Shown: one piece after another, positions 39,982-49,300 of the stretch
Position numbering within the stretch: position 1 is the first letter of the stretch
Layout: each line of letters begins with the position of its first letter
Source: Alphaproteobacteria bacterium
Lineage (GTDB): Bacteria > Pseudomonadota > Alphaproteobacteria > UBA828
Assembly: GCA_965214705.1 (NCBI GenBank)
Contig: OZ243972.1
Location: 576,001-640,000, forward strand
Direction: 5' to 3'
Length of the DNA stretch: 64,000 nucleotides
Position numbers and translations under genes: made by a program
The notes under the pieces: generated by a model
The model's database searches: none
Seen by the model: the letters and a program-made list of their open reading frames with translations, nothing else
What the model was told of the DNA's origin: nothing

Positions 39982-41150
39982 AGGGGCGGAGGGTCCGACT
40001 GACCGACGCGGGCGTCGGCAGGTTGAAGCCGGGCACCACGGAATACGCGGTCTGGGACAGCGAGGTGTCCGGCCTCGGCGTGCGGGTGCGCCCATCCGGG
40101 CATCGCAGCTTCGTCTGGCACGGGCGCGTCCGGGGAGAGCCGGTCAGAGAGACCGTCGGCCCGGTCGCGCTCATGACCGTCGAGGACGCCCGGAAGGAGG
40201 CCCTGGCGCTCCGCCTGGGAACCGCCCCGCGCGCGGCGGAAGGACGTTCCGGCGTACAGCTGTTCCGCGACTTCGTCCTCGATGAGTGGTTGCCAGCGTA
40301 CCGCCGCCGCTGCGCGCCATCGTCCTGCCAATTCGCCAATCGTGTGTTGGAACGGCAGCTGATCCCCGCCTTCGGCCGCCTCCCGCTGGACGCCATCCGG
40401 CGTATCGACATCGAACGATGGTTCGACGCCTACAGCCGCACCGCGCCGGGCGGAGCCAACAAGGCGCTCGAGATCCTCGGCCAGATCATGAACGCCGCCC
40501 TCGCCGCCGGCCATGTCGGGACCGCTCCCGTCAAGGGCATCGCCAAGAACCCCCGCCCGAAACTCACCCGGTTCCTCTCCGCCGAAGAGATCGAAAGGCT
40601 TCACCGCGTCCTTGATCGGCAGGTCAGTGAGCGGCCCTCCCGCCGGCAACAGGCCGACGTCATCCGGCTACTTCTGCTCACTGGCTGCCGGGTGGGCGAG
40701 ATCCTGAAGCTCCGATGGTCCGAGGTCGACGGTGACCGCCTCGATCTCGCCGACACCAAGACCGGGCCGCGAAGGGTCTGGTTGAGCCAAGCCGCGCAGG
40801 CCATCCTCGCCCGCCAGCCGCGTGCCGCAAGCCCTTACGTGTTCCCGTCCCGGAGGCATCCCGACAAGCCGCTCTCGCACTCCCTGTGCCTCTGGCGCCG
40901 GGCACGGAGGGAGGCCGGGCTCAGCGACGTCCGCCTGCACGATCTCAGGCATACCGTAGCCAGCCAGGCCGTCGCCCGGGGCGTTCCCCTGTCCACCGTG
41001 GCGGGCATGCTCGGCCACGCCGATCCCACAATGACCCTGCGATACGCCCATGTCGCCGATCGCGACCTGCAGGCCGCCGCCGAGCGCATTGGAAAGAGCA
41101 TTGAGGCCGCAATGGCGGGTGGCGAGCCGCCGGCAGAAGCGTCGTCCTGA
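39978..41150 (+). CDS. Tyrosine integrase (pair 2, gene B)
   Basis: GTG start overlaps the gene A stop (GTGA) after GGAGG; TGCRVGEI, DTK, HDLRH, MLGH, TLRY. Confidence 0.9.
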   Translation: MKGRRVRLTDAGVGRLKPGTTEYAVWDSEVSGLGVRVRPSGHRSFVWHGRVRGEPVRETVGPVALMTVEDARKEALALRLGTAPRAAEGRSGVQLFRDFVLDEWLPAYRRRCAPSSCQFANRVLERQLIPAFGRLPLDAIRRIDIERWFDAYSRTAPGGANKALEILGQIMNAALAAGHVGTAPVKGIAKNPRPKLTRFLSAEEIERLHRVLDRQVSERPSRRQQADVIRLLLLTGCRVGEILKLRWSEVDGDRLDLADTKTGPRRVWLSQAAQAILARQPRAASPYVFPSRRHPDKPLSHSLCLWRRARREAGLSDVRLHDLRHTVASQAVARGVPLSTVAGMLGHADPTMTLRYAHVADRDLQAAAERIGKSIEAAMAGGEPPAEASS

Positions 41151-41224
41151 AGACACGATGTGCGGGCAACAGTTCGACGTCCACGACCGTGAATTCAGCG
41201 TGTGTCAGAGAACGAATTCGGCAC

Positions 41225-41352
41225 TTTCGTTGGAGCAGAGTGTCCGAGTCGAGGGCGGCAGTTTCGCCGAGCATGCTGACAGCGGTGGCGAAGCACACGG
41301 TATGCCCCTCCAGGACGGCGCGGTGACTGATATTGGCGGCGATGGTGGACTT
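41225..41352 (-). pseudogene. IstB-like ATPase remnant
   Basis: KSTIAANISHRAVLEGHTVCFATAVSMLGETAALDSDTLLQR resembles the IstB segment just after Walker A. Confidence 0.6.
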
Positions 41353-41616
41353 AGGCTGCCGCCAGGATGCGCCGGAACAGGAAGGCGGCATTGCTACCGA
41401 ACACAGCCTCGAGTGTCAATCGGCTTTCAAAATTGACCCCCTATCGGCGTCCAAAATTGACCCCCCTGAGTGGCACGTCGGAGGTTGTCCCGGTAGCCAA
41501 TAGGGGGGACCCGCGCGGCTTCGCGTAGCGCTCGCCGCTACGCGGAGCGAAGCCGCGCGGGGGGTCCCTGTTGGCCCACCGGGGCAAGCGGGCCGCAGGG
41601 GAGGCCCGCGTTGGGG

Positions 41617-42345
41617 TCAGGAGCGGTTCTTGAAGCGCCAGCTCTCGTTGCCGGTCTCGATGATCTCGCAATGGTGAGTGAGACGATCGAGCAGGGCCGT
41701 GGTCATCTTGGGGTCGCCGAAGACGGACGGCCACTCGCCGAAGGCGAGGTTGGTGGTGATGATGGTGGAGGTGCGCTCGTAGAGCCGGCTCATGAGGTGG
41801 AAGAGCATCTGCCCGCCGGTCTGAGCAAAGGGCAGGTAGCCGAGTTCGTCGAGGATGACGAAGTCGCGGCGGCCGAGCTGGTCTGCGGTGCGGCCCTGGC
41901 GTCCGGCGCGGACCTCGGCCTCGAGGTGGTTGACCAGGTCGACGACGTTGAAGTACCGGCCGCGCGCGCCCTTTCGGATGCAGGACCGCGCGGTGGCTGT
42001 GGCAAGATGGGTCTTGCCGGTGCCGGTACCGCCGACCAGGACGATGTTGCGCTTGCTCTCCAGGAAGCCGCCCGTGGCGAGCTCCCGGATCAGGGGCTCG
42101 TTGACCGGCGAGGCGGCGAAGTCGAAGTCGGCCAGCTCCTTGGCGGTGGGCAGCTTGGCGGAGGCCATCTGGTACTTGATCGAGCGCGCCTTCTTGTCGG
42201 CGATCTCGGCCTTCAGCAGCGCACCGATGATCTGCTGCACCGGGTGACGGCGCTTGAGGCCGTCGGCGAGGATGTCGTCGTAGACGGCGCGCATGCCGGC
42301 GAGCTTGAGCCGGGTCATCATCTCCAGCACCTCATGACGCTCCAT
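41617..42345 (-). CDS. istB: IS21 helper ATPase IstB
   Basis: [31 protein letters not shown]. Confidence 0.95.
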   Translation of the reverse strand: MERHEVLEMMTRLKLAGMRAVYDDILADGLKRRHPVQQIIGALLKAEIADKKARSIKYQMASAKLPTAKELADFDFAASPVNEPLIRELATGGFLESKRNIVLVGGTGTGKTHLATATARSCIRKGARGRYFNVVDLVNHLEAEVRAGRQGRTADQLGRRDFVILDELGYLPFAQTGGQMLFHLMSRLYERTSTIITTNLAFGEWPSVFGDPKMTTALLDRLTHHCEIIETGNESWRFKNRS

Positions 42346-43849
42346 GACCGGCCTCCCTCAGGCTGTCGTAGCGCTGACAATCGGCAACCGGGGTGTGGCG
42401 AAGCTGCAGGCTCTCGGGCGTCGGAATGTCTGCCGGCGGCGCCGGCTCACGCTGCCGGGCGAGGATGTTGAGCACGACGTCGGCACTGCAGACACCATCG
42501 GCCAGCGCTTCGGCACAGGCCGCGTCTACCGCCTCCAGCCCGTCCTCCAGAACCGCTGCGAGGATCCTCACGATCTGCCTGTCGCCGTCGTCGCGGCCGG
42601 AAAGCCGGCCGCGCATGCGCCCCAGCGCGCCGGGCAGGTCCCAGTCCTTGAAGGGCGCGCCGTTGCGCAGCGCGCCGGGCTTGCGCTCCAGAACCGGCAC
42701 GTAATGCCACGGATCGTAGGCGATCTCCCCGCGCCCGAAGCGCCGGGAATGTTCAGCGACGGTCTCGCCATCCTGGCGGATGACGATCCGATCGGCATAG
42801 GCCCGCACATCCACAGGCTGCCCCACCGCGCGGGCGGCGACGCTGTAGTGGTTGTTGTCGAAGCGCACCAGACAGGTCTTGGAGACAGACGCGCCATTGG
42901 TGGCATGGAAGCCGTCGAAGGGGCCGCGGTAGGCCATCAGGAAGCGCTGCTCCTCCTCGAACACCTGCCACACCGTCTTGCCCGCAATCGTCGGATGCGG
43001 CCGCTTCTTGGCGTCCTCGATGCACCGATCCATAAGCCAGGCGTTGATCTCGTCGTAGGAGCGGCCCCGCGGGCTGGGCACGAACATGCGGCCGCGGACG
43101 TGGTCTACCTGCTTCTCGACCTGACCCTTCTCCCACGCCGCGCCAGGCGTGCAGGCCACCGGCTCGACCAGATGATGCGAGCACATCTCAAGGAAGCGGC
43201 GGTTGAAGACGCGCTCCTTGCCCACGAACACTGTCTGCACCGCCGTCTTCATGTTGTCGTAGATGCCCCGGGTGCAGACCCCGCCGAAAAAGCGGAAGGC
43301 ACGATCGTGCGCCTCGAACACCATCTCCTGACCTTCGCGGGGAAAGATCTGGACCAGATACATCCGGCTGTGGCACAGCCGGATGTGCGCCGCCTTCACC
43401 CGGGTCGTGGTGCCAGACAGAACCGCGTACTCGTGGCTCCAGTCGAACTGGTAGGCCTCGCCGGGATCGAAGACCAGCGGCACACAGGCCTCGGACGGCG
43501 TCAACAGCCGCCGCCGACGCCGCCAGGCCTTGGCATAGCGGCGTACCGCGTCATAGCCGCCCTCATAGCCCAGCGCCGCAAGGCCCTCATGAAGCCGCAG
43601 AAGAGACAGCCGATCACGGCGCTTCTTCTTCTCGTTGGCCTCCAGTTGCCGCTCAAGCTCGTCCACCCACGGCCCCAGCTTCGGCATCGGCTGGATCGCG
43701 CGCTCGTAGCTCGACGAGGTCTCGTCGCCGCGCAAAACCTTGCGCACCGTGTTCCGGGAAACCCTCAAATCCCGAGCGATCTTCTTGATCGGAACGCCCT
43801 TCACGAAATGATCCCGACGGATCCGTGCAATCGTCTCCACAGTCAGCAT
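42332..43849 (-). CDS. istA: IS21 transposase IstA
   Basis: N-terminal [26 protein letters not shown]. Confidence 0.95.
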   Translation of the reverse strand: MLTVETIARIRRDHFVKGVPIKKIARDLRVSRNTVRKVLRGDETSSSYERAIQPMPKLGPWVDELERQLEANEKKKRRDRLSLLRLHEGLAALGYEGGYDAVRRYAKAWRRRRRLLTPSEACVPLVFDPGEAYQFDWSHEYAVLSGTTTRVKAAHIRLCHSRMYLVQIFPREGQEMVFEAHDRAFRFFGGVCTRGIYDNMKTAVQTVFVGKERVFNRRFLEMCSHHLVEPVACTPGAAWEKGQVEKQVDHVRGRMFVPSPRGRSYDEINAWLMDRCIEDAKKRPHPTIAGKTVWQVFEEEQRFLMAYRGPFDGFHATNGASVSKTCLVRFDNNHYSVAARAVGQPVDVRAYADRIVIRQDGETVAEHSRRFGRGEIAYDPWHYVPVLERKPGALRNGAPFKDWDLPGALGRMRGRLSGRDDGDRQIVRILAAVLEDGLEAVDAACAEALADGVCSADVVLNILARQREPAPPADIPTPESLQLRHTPVADCQRYDSLREAGHGAS

Positions 43850-44547
43850 CTCCCCCTCGCCTCGTCCGTCCAACGACGAGGCGTGTTCATGGTCACCAAT
43901 CCAAGGGGGGTCAATTTTGGACGCCGATCACCCCCAAGAGGGGGGCACTTTTCCACGCTTAACAACAGCCTCGAGGATGTGCGCTTCGTCCACGATCAGC
44001 AGATTCAGGCGCGCGAGGAACCGCTTGAAGGCGGGAACGGCGAGGTTGCGCATCAGCCACGCGTGACCGACATCTGGAGTGGCGATGACGATCCGCGCCC
44101 TCTCAAGCGCTTCCTTGCGATCCGGTTGCGGCACGTCGCCGGTGACGATTGCAATCCACTCCCCGGGCATCCCCGCCATCTCGAGAGCCCGCCGCCAGCT
44201 TACATCCTGGTCGGCCGCGAGCGCCTTGAGCGGATAGAACACCAGGATCCGGGCATCACCGTCATCCTGAAGCGTCTTGAAAGCCGCGGCCTGGAACACA
44301 AGCGACTTGCCAGACGCGGTTCCCGTTGAAAGCACCACGTTGCTGCCGGCCGCAAATGCTTCCAGTGCGAGGGCCTGATGCCGCCAGAGAGCGCCTTTGA
44401 GCGCGTCGTACGCCAGTAGCCAGCTGCTGACGGAGCCTCTCCGGCAAGTATCCGGGACTGGCAAGATCCTCTCTTCGCGCGCCGATAGCTCAAGCCGAGC
44501 GACGACGGAGTGACCCGCGTCCCTCAGTTGTCCCTCGAATACCTCAA

Positions 44548-44559
44548 CCCAAGTTGGCA
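44548..44559. mobile_element. Isolated IS1634-type terminus
   Basis: CCCAAGTTGGCA identical to 19674-19685; sits exactly where the helicase frame is cut. Confidence 0.6.
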
Positions 44560-44750
44560 GTGCGCCGTGGAAAGGCGCTCTCTTTCAGCGGGTGCGAATC
44601 CCGCCCGACAACTGTCGCTCCGGTTGGTAGCAGCCAGGGCGGTTCATGGAGGTGACGACATGGGCTGAAGCACCTTGGTGGAAAAGGGCCACCATTGGGT
44701 GGCTCAGCGACCGTGCGGGCCGGAACGTGAGTGAACGCAGCTTAGCCAGG
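44560..44750 (+). ncRNA. 5' fragment (domain I) of a group II intron
   Basis: Starts GTGCG; hairpin GCGGGT-GCGA-ATCCCGC; GGAGGTGAC...TGAAGC segment resembling bacterial group II intron domain I; no RT ORF or domains V/VI. Confidence 0.6.
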
Positions 44751-45128
44751 GGCCGCGCCACCACCGTCGAAGAGCACAAACCGAAGGCGCACCAACGCGC
44801 CGGCGTCGAGGCCACCCGCGCCCAGCTGGAGAAGAACGCGCGCGATATCGGGCCCCATGTCCACGCCTACATCGTCGCGCTCATGAAGCGGCAGAACAAT
44901 CCGGAGTTCGGCTTCCGTGCCTGCTACGGCGTCCTCCGGCTGGCCAAAAGCTACGAGCAGGACCGCTTCGACGGCGCCTGCCGCTACGCGCTCGAACTCG
45001 GCACGCGGAGCTACCGCGGGCTCGAGAACATCCTGCGCACCGGCGCGGACCGCGCCGCCGCCGAGCAGGAACCCGAGACCATGCCCATCGATCATTCCAA
45101 CATCAGAGGACCGGAGGCCTACCGATGA
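44751..45128 (+). pseudogene. istA: IstA C-terminal fragment
   Basis: TT..EH.P.AHQR, FRACYGVLRLAK.Y...R...AC..AL, H.NIRGPE.Y. Confidence 0.8.
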
Positions 45129-45886
45129 CCGAAAACCCCGTCTCCCACCCGCTGGCCGAGCGCATCGCCTCGCTGCGCCTGCCAGGCATGCACGCCGCCT
45201 TCCTCGAGCAGGTGGCGCGCAACGACCTCGACGACATGCCCTTCGAGGATCGGCTCGCGCTGCTGATCGATCGCGAGATCGCCGAGCGCCGCTCCAGGGC
45301 CCTGCAGCGGCGCCTCAAGAGGGCGCAGCTGCGCCATCAGGACGCCTGCTTCGAGGATATCAACCTGAGCCGTCCGCGCGGCCTCGACCGCAGTCTCGTG
45401 CTCGGCCTCGCAGACTGCGCCTGGGTCCGCAACGGCGCCAACATCCTGATCACTGGACCGTGCGGCACGGGCAAGAGTTGGATCTCCTGTGCCCTTGGCC
45501 ACAAGGCCTGCCTCGAGGGCCACATCGCCCAGTACCACCGCGTGCCCAGGCTGCTCACCGAGCTGCGCATCGCCCATGGCGAGGGCACGACCCCGAAGCT
45601 CTACCGCGACCTCGCCCGCATTGAGGTGCTGATCCTCGACGACTGGGGCATCGCGCCCATTGATGCGGCTCGCGCGCGCGATCTCCTCGAAATCCTCGAC
45701 GACCGCTTCGGCCGGCGCTCGGTGATCGTCACCAGCCAGTTGCCGGTGGCCGATTGGCACCGCCAGCTCAACGATCCCACGGTCGCCGATGCCATCCTCG
45801 ACCGCCTCGTCCATGGTGCCATCCGCATCGAGCTGCACGGCACGTCCATGCGTATCGACGACGCTGCCGCAGGGAAAAAGGCATGA
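45125..45886 (+). CDS. istB: IS21 helper ATPase IstB
   Basis: GPCGTGKS, LILDDWG, TSQLP..W, ADAILDRLVH. Confidence 0.92.
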   Translation: MTENPVSHPLAERIASLRLPGMHAAFLEQVARNDLDDMPFEDRLALLIDREIAERRSRALQRRLKRAQLRHQDACFEDINLSRPRGLDRSLVLGLADCAWVRNGANILITGPCGTGKSWISCALGHKACLEGHIAQYHRVPRLLTELRIAHGEGTTPKLYRDLARIEVLILDDWGIAPIDAARARDLLEILDDRFGRRSVIVTSQLPVADWHRQLNDPTVADAILDRLVHGAIRIELHGTSMRIDDAAAGKKA

Positions 45887-46317
45887 ACGCGACTACAGAG
45901 CGCCGCGCTGCGCGCGGCGTGATCGTCGCTCCGCTCCGGGGCGTCGGAGGGGCGGGACGGATGGTGCCAGGCATGGCGCGCGCGCCGCCAGACGCGTGAG
46001 ATGTCTCACGCGCCGCGCGCGCACCATGCTCCACCGCCTTGCCACCGGGCCTTCGGCGGTGGTACCGATCACGGAGAAATCGCGGAGGGAGAACCGCCCA
46101 CAAAAACGTAACCGCGTCGCTTCGCTCCGGGGTGGCTACTTTGCTGAGATCGGGTGGCTACTTTGGATGAGATTCGCCGGCTACTTCGGGTGAGATTCAC
46201 CGGCTACATTGGTGAGACTGGGCAAACCCGCAGGTGCGGAAGAAGATTGAGGACGCTTATCCGGAACTCTGTGCAACAGGGCTGTACAAGAGCCGGAGTG
46301 CGTGGGCTTCGTAGTAG

Positions 46318-49300
46318 TCAACTGTGGAGCTTGGGAATCCGTCCATGCTCGAGCAACTCAAATGCTTCGAGCACGTAGCGCTGCGTCCGATACTCGCCGA
46401 AAGCCCGCATTTCGTTCTGCTTGAGGGATGGGAAGGATGAGCTTGGTGCCTGTGCATCCAAGATCCACTCGAGATCGGAACGAGTGATCCCGTACATCTG
46501 AGCAAAGATCGCATCCAATTCGCAGCGGAGACCGTGGCGGCGGTCATCATTCCAAGAAAATGGCGGCCCATCAAAACCAAGATCGTTGGCGAAGCTCCTA
46601 ATTTCCTCGGATGTATAAGTCAATTCCAAAACCCGCGGAACTATAAGTTGGACGTACGGATGGCCGGTGCTGCTTTCCCTTAAGTACGCATTTGGCGGCA
46701 AGAGAGGAAGTTGCTTGAGAATGAAAAAATTCATGTGGACACCACCAACGGAAAAGCGTGCGGCCCAGTCGAGAGGGAGACTGTTCAGATTTGCCAGTAT
46801 CAATGCAGATGAGATTGAGCGACCGAAGGCGTATTCTATCGTTGGGGCACTATTGCCCAAACCGCTTTTGGGCGCATTTGCTGTGACAAGAGTCCGTTCG
46901 TTTGTGGCGTTCGTAATGTCGCGAAACGCGTGAAACCACCTCGCAATTTCCGTTCGAACGAGGGGCCCTCCGTCGCTCACAGCTGCGGCTCGCAGGAAGG
47001 TGGCGATGGATGTTCGTTCGTTGGTTGCGTTTGTAACTTTCCTGAATACGAGGATCCAACTGTAATCACTACCGCTGTATTGCCCACTGCTGCAATCGGA
47101 ATCATGGCTACGACCCCAGTCCGTTGGTCGGTCGCTCGGACGATATCCCGAAGAGTGAGTTGCGAGCCAGTTCCGTAAGAGTGTCGAATACAGCTCGGCT
47201 CGGCTCGGCTCGGCTCGGCTCAACAATTGCGTAGTGTTTCCGCTTATGTCAAGTCTTTCCGCAACTTCTTCTTCCGGAACCCAGTATCTCGGAGTGGCGA
47301 CCGCGGACGGATCGGACTTCTCGTCCGCCGTCATCGGTCTGGCATTTCCGTTTCGGATGTCACGGTCGGAGACGCCGTCGAATGTGGCAAACCTGTGGTC
47401 GTACTGATGGAAGAGCTTCGCCTCATAGAGCGGCAGATATCTCTCGTCGCCTCGGACGAACACGTTATTGTCGAGTTCCCATCCTTCCTCCTCCATTTCC
47501 TGTCGGGTCTTGAACAGACCCGAGTCGTTGGACATATCGAACATACGCTGGAAACTCACGCCCCACGGGTTCTTTTCGGGCTGAGAACCGGTGGTTTCCT
47601 TCCAGAACACTCCGGCTCTCCGGTACATCTTGCGTGCGATGTCCATGTCTCGTCTCGTGCGGAAGATTGGGCAGGTCCGGGTGTTGGGGTTGAACAGCGA
47701 GAAGTCTTCGGCGCTGAGCGTGAAACGTCGCTCGGGTTCCTTTAATTGCTCCGCCTGATGCAGGAAGAACGCGAACTCGGCTTCAGGTACGGGGTTGCCC
47801 TTGCCGCTCAATGCGAGGAGGCAGAACTTGATCCTGCTATCAATGCCTGGGAAGACTTTCTCGCGGTTCTCAAAGTCATACAGGCTGACAAGCCGTGACT
47901 GGGTTACGGTGTGCTCGAAGAACGCCCTGGTGGAGTGGTCCGTGGCGATGCCCGTGGGCACGATCAACCCGGCCCGGCCCTGAGGCTTGACAAGCTGCAG
48001 GAACGTCTCGGCGAAGACGGCATAGGTGTTCAGGTCGCCGACGCCAGTGAGCGGGTATCGGCCTGCGGTCCGGGCAAACTGGGTCGTCGCCTCGGCTTCC
48101 CGCTTTGCGGCTTCAAACTCCTGGTACAGAGCTCTTTCCGCCGGGAGCGCGTCATCGCGATTCAATTGTTGGATGAGACGATCACGCGCAGCCTTGTTCG
48201 GCGCCGCTGCGATCTCCGGGGAACGAGAAGCGAAAAACTCCTGCTCCTGCAGCTTGATGCGTTCCCACGGCGGGTTTCCGAGAATAGCGTCGAATCCGCC
48301 GTCCTGCATGATCTCGGCGAACGCGAGATGCCAGTGATGAAAGCGGTAGGTGTGGCTGAGGTCTCGGACAAGGTTTTCGACACCGGGGCGCCGTGGGACG
48401 TTGCGGTCGAGGCGATCGATATCCTCGCTGAGAGGCACGATGTCGAGGCTGTCGCGCGTCTTTGGCGCGAAGTACGTCCCGACGAAGAGGTCGGCGCGCA
48501 TGGCCTCGCGGGCGCGGGTCTCGTCGCGCAGCACGGCATGCCAGGTCGCGCGCTTGCGCTCCACTTCTTCCAGTGTTTCCTCGGGCATGGCGTCCAGGTC
48601 GAGGCTCGAGATGGCGACCTCCATGACGGCATCCTGATCGAAGAGGCCGCGTTGCCCCCGATGCCGGTTGTTCCTCTTGAGGTCCCTGCAGACGGCCTTG
48701 TCATCGCCAGTCAAGGGCTTGTATGCGTCAGGAGTAACGCCGTTCGCCATGATCTCGGGATCGAGAATGCCGACCAGGCTGTCGCCCTGAAGGATGTGGG
48801 GATCGAGGAACGTGAGCGGCTTGCCGGGCTCGACCGTCTCCATCCAGAGCGCAGTCTTGCAGAGTTCGACGGCGAGCGGGTTCCGATCGACGCCATAGAT
48901 GCAGTGCTGGACCACCTCGCGCAGCGCGTGCTGGCGGGTACTTTCGTCCGACGTGTCCGCGCCGGACTCGATACGGGCGATCTCGGCGGCAAGGCGGCGG
49001 GCCGCAGCCAGCAGGAAATGCCCGGAGCCGCAGGCTGGGTCGACCACCTTCAGGTCGAGAATCGCGGCGCGCGGATCCTCGGGGCGTGCTTTGACGGCGT
49101 CCGCGATAACGGGGTCGAGCGTCGACTTGATGAGCTCGCTGACCAGCGACGGCGGCGTGTAGTAGGAGCCGGTGAGCTTTCGCTCGGACCCCTTGGCGCG
49201 TTCGCCATTTCCTTCACCGGTGAAGGCGAATGTCCAGGGCGAGGCGTCCACGTCGATGACCGGACGAAGCTCCAGAAGGCTCTCGTATACGGAACCCAAC

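Larger units (their letters stand above)
41414..43967 (-). mobile_element. IS21-family element, complete
   Basis: TG...CA ends, repeated AAAATTGACCCCC subterminal motifs, 8-bp TSD GCCTCGAG (41406-41413 and 43968-43975). Confidence 0.95.
41351..44547 (-). pseudogene. YprA/MrfA-like DEAH helicase N-terminal fragment, split by IS21 and truncated at both ends
   Basis: LWRHQ, TGTASGKS, YPLKALAADQ, IVDEAHILEA at 44547-43968; continues VFGSNAAFLFRR beyond the IS at 41413-41351. Confidence 0.8.
44750..46208 (+). mobile_element. Second IS21-family element, 5'-truncated
   Basis: IstA C-terminal fragment, istB, and a right end with repeated GGCTAC(TT)..GAGAT motifs (about 46130-46208) ending in CA. 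Confidence 0.85.

Noticed and set aside
19674-44559. The two CCCAAGTTGGCA ends as borders of a composite transposon
   Set aside because: They are in direct orientation, so they are the same end of two separate copies, and there is no shared TSD.
46130-46208. Short repeats with spacers resembling a mini CRISPR array
   Set aside because: They are IS21 subterminal repeats ending in CA; the spacing is too short and there are no cas genes.
46154-46378. YIGETG motif suggesting a GIY-YIG nuclease
   Set aside because: The motif is created across the IS21 end junction and has no upstream GIY. Another frame (DWANPQVRKKIEDAYPELC...) looks more like a truncated gene tail but cannot be assigned.
46820-47169. 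TRD repeats as a DGR template/variable repeat pair or a shufflon
   Set aside because: No reverse transcriptase in the window and differences are not adenine-restricted; units are direct, with no inverted recombination sites.
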